The translations under genes were made by a program, and so were the position numbers. From contig CP174360.1 in the NCBI GenBank assembly GCA_045401155.1, positions 513,490-577,489 of the forward strand: 64,000 bases of DNA, given 5' to 3'. This DNA is from Candidatus Minusculum obligatum. Its GTDB lineage: Bacteria; Patescibacteriota; Minisyncoccia; Phycocordibacterales; Phycocordibacteraceae. This document shows positions 19,359 through 29,724 of this stretch, piece after piece. Each line of letters starts with the position of its first letter. The first letter of the stretch is position 1. Below the pieces are notes generated by a model. The model saw nothing but the letters and a program-made list of their open reading frames with translations, ran no database searches and was not told the origin of the DNA.

Positions 19359-19948
19359 CGCCAAGAGTTCACTTCATTCTGTGCTTTCACATGACCCTCG
19401 GCGAGGATAAGCTCTACCGCTTCCCTCGCCTTTTTCTTTGCCTTGGTCCAAACAGCCGAATCTTTCCCAAAGTCACTCATCAGATACTTGATGACCCCCT
19501 CCTCCCCTTTTGGTTTTTTTACCTTCCCTTTTGGAGTTGCAGAAGAGATACCAACACGAAGTCGAATAAAATCTTTTGTCTTAATACCACGTGCGATAGA
19601 TTCAACACCCTTGTGCCCCCCTGAGCCTCCACCAAATGAGATTTTTATCTTCCCAAGCGGCATATCAAGGTCGTCATAGATCACAATCATTTTCTTTGCG
19701 GCATTCACGCTCTTCACCACCTTTGAAACTGCAGACCCGGACTTATTCATGAAGGTGTTTGGATTTAGGAGTGTTACTTTTTCTCCTGCGATCACTCCTG
19801 TTCCTTTTTCAGAATTACTTGCCTTGTGTTCTTTTAGCTTAATGTCATTTTCATCTGCCAAAAGAGACACCATCATGCGTCCTACATTGTGTTTTGTTTT
19901 CTCATACTCCCCTCCTGGGTTTCCAAGTCCTACGATTGTGTATGCCAT
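19355..19948 (-). CDS. pth: Peptidyl-tRNA hydrolase
   Basis: IVGLGNPG, TKHNVG, TFMNKSG, YDDLD, GGHKG. Confidence 0.95.
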   Translation of the reverse strand: MAYTIVGLGNPGGEYEKTKHNVGRMMVSLLADENDIKLKEHKASNSEKGTGVIAGEKVTLLNPNTFMNKSGSAVSKVVKSVNAAKKMIVIYDDLDMPLGKIKISFGGGSGGHKGVESIARGIKTKDFIRLRVGISSATPKGKVKKPKGEEGVIKYLMSDFGKDSAVWTKAKKKAREAVELILAEGHVKAQNEVNSWR

Positions 19949-20011
19949 ATCTCCTCGATTGTATCAAAAATTTGCATCAAGCACTTTAAGTAAGTACAAT
20001 AGTGCCCACGT

Positions 20012-20551
20012 ATGGCCTTTATTAAGTTTGTTCTACGAGAGATTGTCGTATTCCTACTGTTGGCCGTTCTCATTGTGGTTCCATTTAGGCTGTTCATCGC
20101 GCAGCCTTTTATTGTGCAAGGCGCATCTATGGAGCCAACCTACGTAAATGGTGAGTACCTTGTGATTGATCAACTTACCTATCATTTTAATGAACCTAAG
20201 CGTGGAGATGTAATCACCTTCCGCTATCCAAATGACCCTTCTGTCTTCTTTATTAAGAGAATCATCGGTCTCCCTGGGGAAACAGTAGTCGTAGATGATG
20301 AAACAGTAACAATTACTGACCCAGGTGTAGGCACCTTTGAGCTTGTGGAGCCGTATGCAAAGTTTGATGGCCCACTTTTTGGTCGCCAGAGCGTAACGCT
20401 TGGGGAGGATGAGTACTTTGTACTAGGAGATAACCGACCACGGAGCTCAGACTCTAGAGTCTGGGGCGCGCTTCCCAAAGAAAATATCTTAGGGCGCGCG
20501 TACCTTCGATTATTACCACTTTCACACATAGATTACCTACCAGGAAAATAG
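20012..20551 (+). CDS. lepB: Signal peptidase I
   Basis: GASMEPT, IKRIIGLPGE, GDNR..SSDSR. Confidence 0.95.
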   Translation: MAFIKFVLREIVVFLLLAVLIVVPFRLFIAQPFIVQGASMEPTYVNGEYLVIDQLTYHFNEPKRGDVITFRYPNDPSVFFIKRIIGLPGETVVVDDETVTITDPGVGTFELVEPYAKFDGPLFGRQSVTLGEDEYFVLGDNRPRSSDSRVWGALPKENILGRAYLRLLPLSHIDYLPGK

Positions 20552-20552
20552 T

Positions 20553-21716
20553 ATGGGACAAAACGACATTTTAATCACAATTGATCCAGATACGCTTCTA
20601 AAGCGCACACATGCGATCGCCTCATACTACGGCTTTGAGTACGTGCCTCAATTCTTAGATGCGCGAAAGGACAGAAAAGTGAAAGCAACGTACCCGGATG
20701 GCATTGATCCAAAGGTAATGGATCCGGTGAGCTCTACCTTTGCCCAATTCTTACGACAGATGAAAGAGTACGATGTAAATCCAGCAGGGCGCGCCCGCTT
20801 CCTGTGGCACTCAAACATCACTCCTGGGCGGAAAGCACCAAAGCAAATTTCAGTACACTTCCATATTCTTGGAGTTGAAAAAGCAATTGCAGACGCACTT
20901 ATGGTGCGCACAATGAAAGCACTCGTGGAAGACCTTACGAAAGAGTCTCCCAAAGTGCGTGTGAACTCTATGGGAGATGCAGATACTCTTACTCGTTACT
21001 CACGAGAACTCGGGAACTTCTTTAAGCGAAATATGTCTGAGCTATCTCCACAGTGCCAAACACATTTACGAAACGATCCACTTGAGGCATTAGATCACCT
21101 GCTTCGCTATGAAGATGGATTGGGGTATAGAGCACCTTCTCCGCTTGATTATCTTTCTGAAGGATCTCGTGGACAGCTTAAAGAGCTTCTTGAGTACCTT
21201 GAATCTACAAAGACAGAGTACGAACTAGCGCCACACCTCTTTGATCGAAAAGGAAACCTTTCAGAGACAAACTTCGAGCTTGTTACAAGCGAGGGACCAA
21301 TCGTACGCGGAGGACGATACAACACACTAATCAGCAAGTTCTATAAAGAAGGAGGGCATGCGATTGGAAGCGTGCTGCGCGCAAACGCTAAAGAAGAAGT
21401 CTCTTGCAAAAGAATTCCAAAAAAACGTGCCGCAGCACCTATTGTATTTGTGCAAGTTGGCCCTGAAGCAAAGCGTCTATCGCTCTCTCTTCTTGAGGAT
21501 CTGCGCGCAGCAAATGTAAAGATGGCACAGACTGTAGGTATTGAATCTCTTATGGATCAAATGGCTGTAGCAGACAGCATTGATTCTCCATACCTTATGA
21601 TCATGGGTCACAAAGAAGCTCTTGAAAATAGCGTGATCATTCGAGACCGTCGCACCAACTCACAAACCGTAATCCCTATTGCATCCCTTGTAGATGAGCT
21701 TGGAAGACTTGCGTAG
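20553..21716 (+). CDS. Histidyl-tRNA synthetase-like protein (degenerate catalytic domain plus HGTP anticodon-binding domain)
   Basis: YYGFE, VRVNSMGD, GGRYN, C-terminal anticodon-binding fold; canonical motif 2 missing. Confidence 0.7.
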   Translation: MGQNDILITIDPDTLLKRTHAIASYYGFEYVPQFLDARKDRKVKATYPDGIDPKVMDPVSSTFAQFLRQMKEYDVNPAGRARFLWHSNITPGRKAPKQISVHFHILGVEKAIADALMVRTMKALVEDLTKESPKVRVNSMGDADTLTRYSRELGNFFKRNMSELSPQCQTHLRNDPLEALDHLLRYEDGLGYRAPSPLDYLSEGSRGQLKELLEYLESTKTEYELAPHLFDRKGNLSETNFELVTSEGPIVRGGRYNTLISKFYKEGGHAIGSVLRANAKEEVSCKRIPKKRAAAPIVFVQVGPEAKRLSLSLLEDLRAANVKMAQTVGIESLMDQMAVADSIDSPYLMIMGHKEALENSVIIRDRRTNSQTVIPIASLVDELGRLA

Positions 21717-21759
21717 TTCAGAGACCTTGTGTACGTTACATATAGATTAGGAGGCGCAC

Positions 21760-22080
21760 ATGAGCGTTTTTATAGGAATGCTGCAAGGGCTATATCATCG
21801 CCCCGCAGACAACCTCGCAGAAGCAATTCTTTTGCGATTTGGCGCAGTAACCGGACTCGTGGCTACGTGTACGGTTATCTTCATTCTTTCTTTCGGAGGA
21901 TATGGGCTCTTTACTGTCTTAAATGAGACTATTACAACCATGACAGAGAGCACCCTTGAACTTGTTCTTGCCGTGATCTTTTACGCAGGAATGACTGTGT
22001 TTCCCTTATACGTCTTGGGATTAACGGCCCTCAAGCTCTGGAAAGACTTCTTCGACGAAGACGACTTCTCCAAAGAGTGA
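21760..22080 (+). CDS. Hypothetical membrane protein
   Basis: AGGAGG SD, 2 TMs, followed by GCCCCGC/GCGGGGC terminator at 22087-22119. Confidence 0.65.
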   Translation: MSVFIGMLQGLYHRPADNLAEAILLRFGAVTGLVATCTVIFILSFGGYGLFTVLNETITTMTESTLELVLAVIFYAGMTVFPLYVLGLTALKLWKDFFDEDDFSKE

Positions 22081-22146
22081 TTTCTCGCCCCGCTATCAAA
22101 TGCGGGGCTTCACTTTTTTACCCCCCTATGGTACATTCTTCCCACT

Positions 22147-22404
22147 ATGAATAACGCAACACGCGTAGAAGTTTCAAAGAAAGGAAGCGAGAACACCTCG
22201 TCTCTTATTCGGCGTTTCTCTCGAAAAGCTATGGGAGCTGCAATTGTGCGCACCATGCGAAATCGTCGATTCTTTGACCGCCCACTTTCAAAGAACGTAC
22301 AGCGAAAGAAGAAGCTGCACTCACTTGATAAGCGAGCGAACTATGAGCAAATGGTAAAACTTGGTAAAATTGATCCTGCCGCCCGACGTGGTCGCCGCCG
22401 CTAA
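22147..22404 (+). CDS. rpsU: 30S ribosomal protein bS21-like
   Basis: VEV.K...EN..SLIRRFSRK...R.RRFF.RP, basic. Confidence 0.65.
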   Translation: MNNATRVEVSKKGSENTSSLIRRFSRKAMGAAIVRTMRNRRFFDRPLSKNVQRKKKLHSLDKRANYEQMVKLGKIDPAARRGRRR

Positions 22405-22784
22405 TGGATACAACTTTTACAGTAGGTGGAACGTCGCGGAGTAACCCTCCGCGATTTCCATATGCAAAGATAAAGGATGACATTCTTGGGAAAAATTTTT
22501 CTGTCTCGTTAGCATTTGTTGGCGACACGCTCTCTACACGACTAAATAAAGAACGAAGAAACAAAGACTATACCCCAAACGTACTCACCTTCCCCCTTAC
22601 AGAAAATTCTGGAGAAATTTACATAAATCTTGCTGAAGCAAAACGTCAAGCAAAAAAATACGGCATTACATATAAAAAGTGGGTGCTGCAGCTGTTTATC
22701 CACGGCCTACTACACTTGGAGGGAATGCCACACGGGGATACAATGGAAAACAAGGAGCAGCAGCTTGTAAAGAAATACGCATAG
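22404..22784 (+). CDS. ybeY: rRNA maturation endoribonuclease YbeY
   Basis: TPNVLTFP, GEIYI, HGLLHLEGMPH. Confidence 0.9.
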   Translation: MDTTFTVGGTSRSNPPRFPYAKIKDDILGKNFSVSLAFVGDTLSTRLNKERRNKDYTPNVLTFPLTENSGEIYINLAEAKRQAKKYGITYKKWVLQLFIHGLLHLEGMPHGDTMENKEQQLVKKYA

Positions 22785-22804
22785 ACTGCTGCTGGCATTT
22801 GAAA

Positions 22805-23977
22805 ATGGCACGCCGTATTGCAACAGGTATAGATATTGGTACCCACCAAGTGAAGGTGGTTATTGCTGAGGTCGTGCAAAACAAAGGAGGATCTACCTAC
22901 CCTAAAATCCTTGGAACTGGAATCTCTGAGAGCAAAGGACTTCGCCATGGATATATCGTAAATAGCACTGACGTTTCTAAGAGCGTTATGGAGGCGCACG
23001 AGCAAGCGCAGACCGCGGCTGGTGTGCATACAAAAAAAGCATTTCTTTCAATTGGAGGTATTGGTATTGATGAGATAAAGACAAGCGGAGAAACCATCAT
23101 CCAGCGCGCTGACTCTGAGGTAACCGATTTAGATGTAGAAAAGGCCGTAGAGGCTGCACGAATGCTCGCAGAGCCAAATCTAACCAACAGAAGAATTCTG
23201 CACCAAGTCCCTCTCACCTATTCTCTAGATGGACACAAGATCCACGGGAACCGCCCACAAGGAATGACGGGGACAAAACTTGAGGTTGAGGTGCTTTTCA
23301 TAACAACCCTAAAACAACATCATGATGACCTTGTATCTGCAGTAGAAGAAACTGGTATTGAAGTATTAGACGAGATGGCCTCACCGCTTGCAGGAAGCTT
23401 TGTAACCCTTTCAAAAGAACAAAAGATGAAAGGATGTGTCCTTGCAAACATTGGAGCTGAAACAGTGTCTATTGTTATCTACGACCACAACATTCCTGTA
23501 TCGGTAAAAGTATTTGATATTGGAAGCGCAAACATTACAGATGATCTTGCGCTCGCACTACGTATTCCTCCAGAGGATGCTGAGAAGCTAAAGCTAAATA
23601 AACTTGCAGGAGAAGGATATCCTGAGAAGCGTGTGCAATCTATTATCCAACAACGACTAAAAGCAATCTTCGCGCTTATCGATACACACCTAAAAGAGAT
23701 TGGTAAAAACCAGATGCTCCCTGCAGGAATTATTCTTGCTGGAGGAGGTGCAGGTATTGGAGAGATTCGTGACATTGCACGAAGCTGTCTAAAACTTCCC
23801 TCTCGAACTGCACAATTACATGTGCCAGAAAAAACTCAAATTAAGGATTCTTCATGGGCAGTGGCATATGGACTAACCATCTGGGGCCTTACAAGCGAGC
23901 AAGAGACACCCACAGGTACCATGGTACGCGGCATGGGAAATTCATTCACAAAATTCTTTAAGCAGTTCCTTCCATAG
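22805..23977 (+). CDS. ftsA: Cell division protein FtsA
   Basis: GIDIGT, actin-like fold, directly upstream of ftsZ. Confidence 0.93.
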   Translation: MARRIATGIDIGTHQVKVVIAEVVQNKGGSTYPKILGTGISESKGLRHGYIVNSTDVSKSVMEAHEQAQTAAGVHTKKAFLSIGGIGIDEIKTSGETIIQRADSEVTDLDVEKAVEAARMLAEPNLTNRRILHQVPLTYSLDGHKIHGNRPQGMTGTKLEVEVLFITTLKQHHDDLVSAVEETGIEVLDEMASPLAGSFVTLSKEQKMKGCVLANIGAETVSIVIYDHNIPVSVKVFDIGSANITDDLALALRIPPEDAEKLKLNKLAGEGYPEKRVQSIIQQRLKAIFALIDTHLKEIGKNQMLPAGIILAGGGAGIGEIRDIARSCLKLPSRTAQLHVPEKTQIKDSSWAVAYGLTIWGLTSEQETPTGTMVRGMGNSFTKFFKQFLP

Positions 23978-24063
23978 GACACACATACGCCTTTAATGTC
24001 AACGCTTTGCAAGCGTTGTTTTGTTTCTGTATGATAGGTACCACTAGTTAACGCGCGTAAGAT

Positions 24064-25263
24064 ATGGCAAGAAAAGTACAGCCCGACGTAGAATCATTCG
24101 CTCGAATCCGAGTGGTTGGAGTTGGAGGATCAGGAAATAATGCGGTTAATCACATGATTAACTCAAAAGTTAAAGGGGTCGAGTTTATTGCAATTAATAC
24201 CGATGCCCAAGACCTTCATCGCTCACTTGCGAAGAAGAAGATTCATATTGGAAAGAACGTGACTCGTGGTCTTGGAGCTGGAGGACACCCCGAGACAGGT
24301 CAGAGGGCAGCTGAGGAAACTCGTGAGGAAATTCAGGAGGCTCTAAAGGGATCAGACATGGTATTTGTTACCTGTGGAATGGGAGGTGGAACCGGAACAG
24401 GAGCCGCACCTGTAATCGCACGCATTGCCCAAGAGGTAGGGGCACTTACTGTTGCTGTGGTTACAAAACCATTTGCCTTTGAGGGACAGCAGCGAACTCG
24501 AACTGCAGAGCACGGGCTTGCAAACCTAAAAGATGCTGTAGACGCGTACATCGTTATTCCAAACGATAAACTTCTAACTATTGTTGATCAGAACACTACG
24601 AGCCGAAACGCATTTGCTATGTGTGACGATATTCTTCGACAGGCTGTTGAGGGTGTATCTGACATCATTACAACTCCAGGAGAGATCAATACTGACTTTA
24701 ACGACATTAAGTCTGTAATGGAGGCAGCAGGGCCTGCACTTATGGGTATTGGTATTGCAGATGGCGATACACGCGCAAAGGATGCTGCGGAGATTGCGAT
24801 CAATTCCCCACTTCTTGATGTGTCTATCTCAGGAGCCAAAGGAGTCCTTCTTGCCGTTTCAGGAAGCGACGACCTTGGAATTCTTGAAGTGCAAGATGCT
24901 GCAAAGGTAGTTACTGAAGCAGTAGACTCTGATGCGAAGATCATCTTCGGTATCATGAAGGATGAGAAACTTAAGAAGGGCCACATCCGCGTGATCGTAA
25001 TTGCTACAGGATTCCCTGAGAAAGGAGCATCTGTGACTCCAGAGCGAAGCACATCATCTTCTCTATTCTCTCTTCCACGAAAGGAACAGGAGGATGAGCG
25101 AGACCGTATCTACAACACGGTAATTCCAAAGACAAAAGAGGAACCAGAAGAAGAGGTTGAGGAGAAAACTCCTGAACCAGCGATGAAGGAAGAGGAAGAA
25201 GAGGAGGAGCCAAAGGAAAACCTGGGAGGCGCAATCCCCTCATTCCTTCGACGCCACAAATAA
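24064..25263 (+). CDS. ftsZ: Cell division protein FtsZ
   Basis: GMGGGTGTG tubulin signature, C-terminal IPSFLR. Confidence 0.98.
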   Translation: MARKVQPDVESFARIRVVGVGGSGNNAVNHMINSKVKGVEFIAINTDAQDLHRSLAKKKIHIGKNVTRGLGAGGHPETGQRAAEETREEIQEALKGSDMVFVTCGMGGGTGTGAAPVIARIAQEVGALTVAVVTKPFAFEGQQRTRTAEHGLANLKDAVDAYIVIPNDKLLTIVDQNTTSRNAFAMCDDILRQAVEGVSDIITTPGEINTDFNDIKSVMEAAGPALMGIGIADGDTRAKDAAEIAINSPLLDVSISGAKGVLLAVSGSDDLGILEVQDAAKVVTEAVDSDAKIIFGIMKDEKLKKGHIRVIVIATGFPEKGASVTPERSTSSSLFSLPRKEQEDERDRIYNTVIPKTKEEPEEEVEEKTPEPAMKEEEEEEEPKENLGGAIPSFLRRHK

Positions 25264-25322
25264 GCAAAGATATTCTAACTAATGTATACTGGGTCCTATT
25301 AAGGGCTCAGTATTCATTTTGT

Positions 25323-26243
25323 ATGCAGTATGATCTTGTAATTATTGGAGGTGGACCAGCAGGAGTAGCAGCTGGAGTATATGCGGCACGTAAAAAACTA
25401 AAGACCGCACTTATTACAAAAGACTTTGAAGGACAGAGCGTTGTCTCAGAAGGCATTCAAAACTGGATTGGAGAAGTTTCTATTCCCGGACCTGAACTTG
25501 TAAAGAAGTTTAGAGAACATCTTGATGCATACAAAGATGATGTTGTTGAAATACATGAGGGACATTGGGCAGAAAAACTAGAAAAGAAAGGTGATCAGAA
25601 CTTCCTTCTAACTACAGACAAGGGAGAGTTCTCTTCTAAAGCGGTGATTATTTGCTCAGGTGCAACAAGGAGAAGACTTGAGGTTCCTGGCGCAGATATT
25701 TTTGAACACAAAGGAGTTACATACTGTGCTTCATGTGATGGACCACTCTTTAGCGGGATGGATGTAGTTGTTGTCGGTGGAGGGAACGCTGGATTTGAAA
25801 CAGCAGCCCAACTTCTTGCGTATGCAAAAAGTGTAACGCTTCTACACCGCGGAGAAACTTTCAAAGCAGATCCTATAACTGTGGAGCGTGTACTCTCACA
25901 CGAGAATATGACCGGAATCACAAATGCCAATATTAAAAAGGTAAATGGTGAGAAATTTGTAACTGGCATTACATACGAAGTAAACGGTGAGGAAAAAGAA
26001 CTTCCTACAGCTGGTGTATTTATTGAAATTGGAATGGTTCCTTCTACAGACTTTGCAGCAAACCTTGTAGAGCTTGATGACTACAAACGAATTAAAGTGG
26101 ATGGAAAATCTCAGCAGACAACCACTCCCGGTGTCTGGGCTGCAGGAGATTGTACAAATGAGCTGTATCACCAAAACAATATTGCTGCAGGAGATGCAGT
26201 AAAAGCTCTAGAGGATGCATACGTGCACCTTAAGGCAAAGTGA
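25323..26243 (+). CDS. trxB: Thioredoxin-disulfide reductase (TrxB/AhpF-like)
   Basis: GGGPAG, CASCDG, VGGGNAG, AAGD. Confidence 0.85.
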   Translation: MQYDLVIIGGGPAGVAAGVYAARKKLKTALITKDFEGQSVVSEGIQNWIGEVSIPGPELVKKFREHLDAYKDDVVEIHEGHWAEKLEKKGDQNFLLTTDKGEFSSKAVIICSGATRRRLEVPGADIFEHKGVTYCASCDGPLFSGMDVVVVGGGNAGFETAAQLLAYAKSVTLLHRGETFKADPITVERVLSHENMTGITNANIKKVNGEKFVTGITYEVNGEEKELPTAGVFIEIGMVPSTDFAANLVELDDYKRIKVDGKSQQTTTPGVWAAGDCTNELYHQNNIAAGDAVKALEDAYVHLKAK

Positions 26244-26665
26244 TGCAGAATATCCGTACAGCCCCTCAGCTACTCGTACGAATCTTTATTCGTCCTCTAT
26301 TTCCCTTCTTTCAATGGCTTGTGCTTAGTCTTGGAATTGTAAAAGCACCAAAAGAACGACAACAGTTTCTATTAGGATCTCTTAAAAAAGAATTATCTAT
26401 CTCTGACGCAAAACAACATCTTCATACGCAAGGGTTCTTTTTAAATCGTATTGCATTTAATGACCCTGGACAAACCTTAAGTATGCGAAAGCTTTCTTTA
26501 GAGAATCCCCGGTGGCAATACCACGTACGTATTTTTGAAGATGGAGAAGTTCGTGGACACTTTGAAAGAACTCCAGAAGACTATCCTTTACGGCACCTAA
26601 AAGCCGATGGGCAAATTAAAAAAGAAGAAGACTTTGCCTTCTTCTTAAAAGAAATTTTGGAGTAA
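26240..26665 (+). CDS. Hypothetical protein
   Basis: GTGA-coupled to trxB; QYHVRIFEDGEVRGHFE. Confidence 0.65.
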   Translation: MMQNIRTAPQLLVRIFIRPLFPFFQWLVLSLGIVKAPKERQQFLLGSLKKELSISDAKQHLHTQGFFLNRIAFNDPGQTLSMRKLSLENPRWQYHVRIFEDGEVRGHFERTPEDYPLRHLKADGQIKKEEDFAFFLKEILE

Positions 26666-27352
26666 TTACGAGCGCGGTACAGAAATACGCTCAATTGATT
26701 TATTTCTGTGAATTAACTCATCGTCTCGAATTGAGCAAAATAGCTCATATTCATTCAGACATTCACGTCCATAAAATTTTAAAAACTCGCTTTCTACTGT
26801 TTTCTTTTTCATTTCTTCCCCACACTGCTCAATAAACTCACTGTACTGCTGATACGCGTGTGACTCAAAAAGATAATTGAGTTCAAGTGCTGACTTTCTT
26901 TTCACCGTATAAAGAATAGAGCTTACGATGTAATAAAAGAAAGAAAACAGAAGCGGGATAAGGTAGTGTCGAAATGGCCCTCCAAGACCCTCTCTTTTTG
27001 CAATCTGGCTCATTACCACCACGTGCATCGTTTCATTATCTTGGGCGATTCTTCCAAAACGAGATGTATATGTAAGATTAATTGCTTTCTTCTCATCTCC
27101 ATACATGGCGGTTAAAAACATGTATGAGACCCACTCCCATGCCTGGTATGGAATACGTGCAATAACTTCTACTGCCTTAAATTTCTCGTATGAAGGCTTC
27201 TTTCCATATACAAAATTTCCAGCGCCAACAAGTATTGTTCCAAAAATCTTTGCGGTTAAACCAACCTTGTAGTCGTTACATTTATTCTCGTATTTTTTCT
27301 TAAATTCAGGGTCTTTCAGCTTCTCTAGGAGCTCTTCGTGTTTTGGATCCAT
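26666..27352 (-). CDS. Alternative oxidase/PTOX-like diiron carboxylate protein
   Basis: EVIARIPY, NETMH, ESHAY..Y, IRDDELIH match the AOX/PTOX iron-ligand pattern. Confidence 0.8.
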   Translation of the reverse strand: MDPKHEELLEKLKDPEFKKKYENKCNDYKVGLTAKIFGTILVGAGNFVYGKKPSYEKFKAVEVIARIPYQAWEWVSYMFLTAMYGDEKKAINLTYTSRFGRIAQDNETMHVVVMSQIAKREGLGGPFRHYLIPLLFSFFYYIVSSILYTVKRKSALELNYLFESHAYQQYSEFIEQCGEEMKKKTVESEFLKFYGRECLNEYELFCSIRDDELIHRNKSIERISVPRS

Positions 27353-27426
27353 ATACGCACAATTCTAGCAAAATTATATTCATACTGGCGTTTTACCCTC
27401 AGCATGCTACAATCGCCGCTACTTAC

Positions 27427-27498
27427 GGCCCTATCGTCTAACGGCTAGGACGCCACCCTTTCACGGTGGAAATCGGGGTTCGATTCCCCGTAGGGTCA
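27427..27498 (+). tRNA. tRNA-Glu(TTC)
   Basis: GGCCCTA/TAGGGTC, CCACC-CTTTCAC-GGTGG. Confidence 0.95.
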
Positions 27499-28482
27499 CA
27501 CAAATTCAGGCTCATGCACGAGCTCTACATTTAAATTAAACCTGACCCTCTCAACAACATGTTGGTAGATATTTTTAATATCTTCTGAAGAAGCATTTCC
27601 TTTATTAATAAGCATGTTCGCCTGCACAGAAGAAACACATGCGTCATTTATACAAAATCCTTTGAGCCCCACATGTTCAATAAGTGCTCCTGCAGGAATT
27701 TTATAGCCACTCTCCATCTCAAAACACTTCTTCTGAACCTCCTCTGGAAGAAAACTAATATCCTTAACTTCTACGTTTTTAAAGAAAGATCCAACACTAA
27801 AAACCCTTTCTGGGTCAAGATCTTTTTCTTTTCTAATTGTAATAACTGTGTCTCGTATATTTTTCTGAGAAACTTCACCTACTCGATCCTGAAGTCCTCT
27901 GTATGTAAGTATCGGATGCTCTGTTTTAGAAAGGCGTAATTCGACGTGCGTAATAATATATCGACCCTTTTTCTTTGTATTAAAAATGCTTTTTCTATAT
28001 CCGAAGCTACACTCCTTATTATCGAGCACTCCATACACCCCATCTTTTGTATCAAATATATGTACACGTTCTATATATGAAGATGCCTCTACTCCATATG
28101 CACCGACATTCTGAACCGCAAGACCTGCAACAAGTCCTGGAATCCAAGAAAGATTTTCAAGACCCCACCAACCTTTATCTACCGTATGCTGTATAAAATT
28201 GTCTAACACCTCAGATCCACCAACCTTCACCAAGACACTTTCATCACTCTCCTCTAGCACAGAAGTACCTAAAAATTTTGGGGAAATGACAACCGCATCT
28301 ATTTCTCCATCAGGCAGCACGATATTGCTTCCACCACCTAAAACAAAAACTGGTAGATCTTTTTCTTTTGCAAAAGAAACTGCGCTCTCAAGATCATCCG
28401 TATCTATAAAATATCTCGCAGAACCACCAACCTTAAGGGTTGTTTTTTCTTTTAGCGAATAGCGCTCGTGTATCTCCATCAT
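27496..28482 (-). CDS. murB: UDP-N-acetylenolpyruvoylglucosamine reductase
   Basis: LGGGSN, GLENLSWIPG, FGYRKSIF, GSFFKN. Confidence 0.93.
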   Translation of the reverse strand: MMEIHERYSLKEKTTLKVGGSARYFIDTDDLESAVSFAKEKDLPVFVLGGGSNIVLPDGEIDAVVISPKFLGTSVLEESDESVLVKVGGSEVLDNFIQHTVDKGWWGLENLSWIPGLVAGLAVQNVGAYGVEASSYIERVHIFDTKDGVYGVLDNKECSFGYRKSIFNTKKKGRYIITHVELRLSKTEHPILTYRGLQDRVGEVSQKNIRDTVITIRKEKDLDPERVFSVGSFFKNVEVKDISFLPEEVQKKCFEMESGYKIPAGALIEHVGLKGFCINDACVSSVQANMLINKGNASSEDIKNIYQHVVERVRFNLNVELVHEPEFV

Positions 28483-28518
28483 ATTGAATAGTACCAATAA
28501 ATACGCTACGCTTCATGC

Positions 28519-29676
28519 ATGAAGATACTTGCTATCGAAACCTCATGTGACGAAACAGCCGTTTCAGTCATTGAAGCATCTGGAGATGAAGCTGCGGCTC
28601 ATTTTAACGTACTTGGAAATGCGCTCCTTTCACAAATTGAGCTCCACCGAGAATACGGTGGCGTATTCCCTACACTTGCTAAGCGTGAGCATGCAAAGAA
28701 CCTCGTGCCTATTGCACGCGCGACGCTCACTGAAGCAGACATGATCAAGAGCAATTACACAGAACTTCCTGAGAGTCTTGAAAATCACATCATCGAACTT
28801 CTCGAAAGAGAGCCTGAGATGACCACAAATCTCATTGAATTTCTAAAGGAAGTAGAAACTCCAGATATTGATGCCATAGCCGTGACAAAAGGACCAGGAC
28901 TTGAACCTGCTCTTTGGGTTGGTATTAACTTTGCAAAAGCACTTTCTCTTGCCTGGGATAAACCACTTATTCCTGTAAATCATATGGAGGGGCACATTTT
29001 CTCTTCGCTACTTAAAGATGATGCCATCGAGCATACAAAACTCCCTCTTCTTGCCCTTTTGATCTCTGGAGGACATACAGAGCTTGTACTTATGAAAGAC
29101 TGGCTCTCATATGAACTTATTGGAGAGACACAGGACGATGCTGTAGGAGAGGCCTTTGATAAAGTGGCACGCATGATGGACCTTCCATATCCTGGAGGAC
29201 CTGAAATCAGTAAGCTTGCAGAGATTGCACGAAGTGAAAAACTAGAAGAAGTATTTAAACTTCCTCGTCCAATGCTTGATAAAGACAATTGTGATTTCTC
29301 ATTCGCAGGACTTAAAACCGCAGTGCTCTATACCCTAAAAAATATTGAAAATATATCTGAAACAGATAAAAAGAATATTGCGCATGCATTTGAAAATGCT
29401 GCAGCTGAAGTGCTCCTAAAAAAGACTTTGCGGGCAATTAGTGAACATAACGCACAAACACTCGTACTTGGTGGCGGAGTATCAGCAAACCATCACATAC
29501 GACGCGTGTTTGAAGAGACAATAACTACAGAGCACCCAGAAGTAGATCTTTGTCTCCCTGATCCAAAACTAACCACAGACAATGCAATCATGATTGGCAT
29601 CGCCGGATACTACAGAGCTCTCAAAGAAGAATTTGAAAAAGACTTCTCTGCTGATGGAAACCTAAAGGTGCACTAA
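28519..29676 (+). CDS. tsaD: tRNA t6A threonylcarbamoyltransferase TsaD
   Basis: IETSCDETA, HMEGH, SGGHT, DDAVGEAFDK, TDNAIMI. Confidence 0.96.
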   Translation: MKILAIETSCDETAVSVIEASGDEAAAHFNVLGNALLSQIELHREYGGVFPTLAKREHAKNLVPIARATLTEADMIKSNYTELPESLENHIIELLEREPEMTTNLIEFLKEVETPDIDAIAVTKGPGLEPALWVGINFAKALSLAWDKPLIPVNHMEGHIFSSLLKDDAIEHTKLPLLALLISGGHTELVLMKDWLSYELIGETQDDAVGEAFDKVARMMDLPYPGGPEISKLAEIARSEKLEEVFKLPRPMLDKDNCDFSFAGLKTAVLYTLKNIENISETDKKNIAHAFENAAAEVLLKKTLRAISEHNAQTLVLGGGVSANHHIRRVFEETITTEHPEVDLCLPDPKLTTDNAIMIGIAGYYRALKEEFEKDFSADGNLKVH

Positions 29677-29704
29677 AATAACCGCTTCAAAAGCGGTTAT
29701 TTTT
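29677..29704 (+). terminator. Intrinsic terminator
   Basis: AAATAACCGC/GCGGTTATTT plus T tract. Confidence 0.75.
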
Positions 29705-29724
29705 CTGGTACTCTCTACATACAT

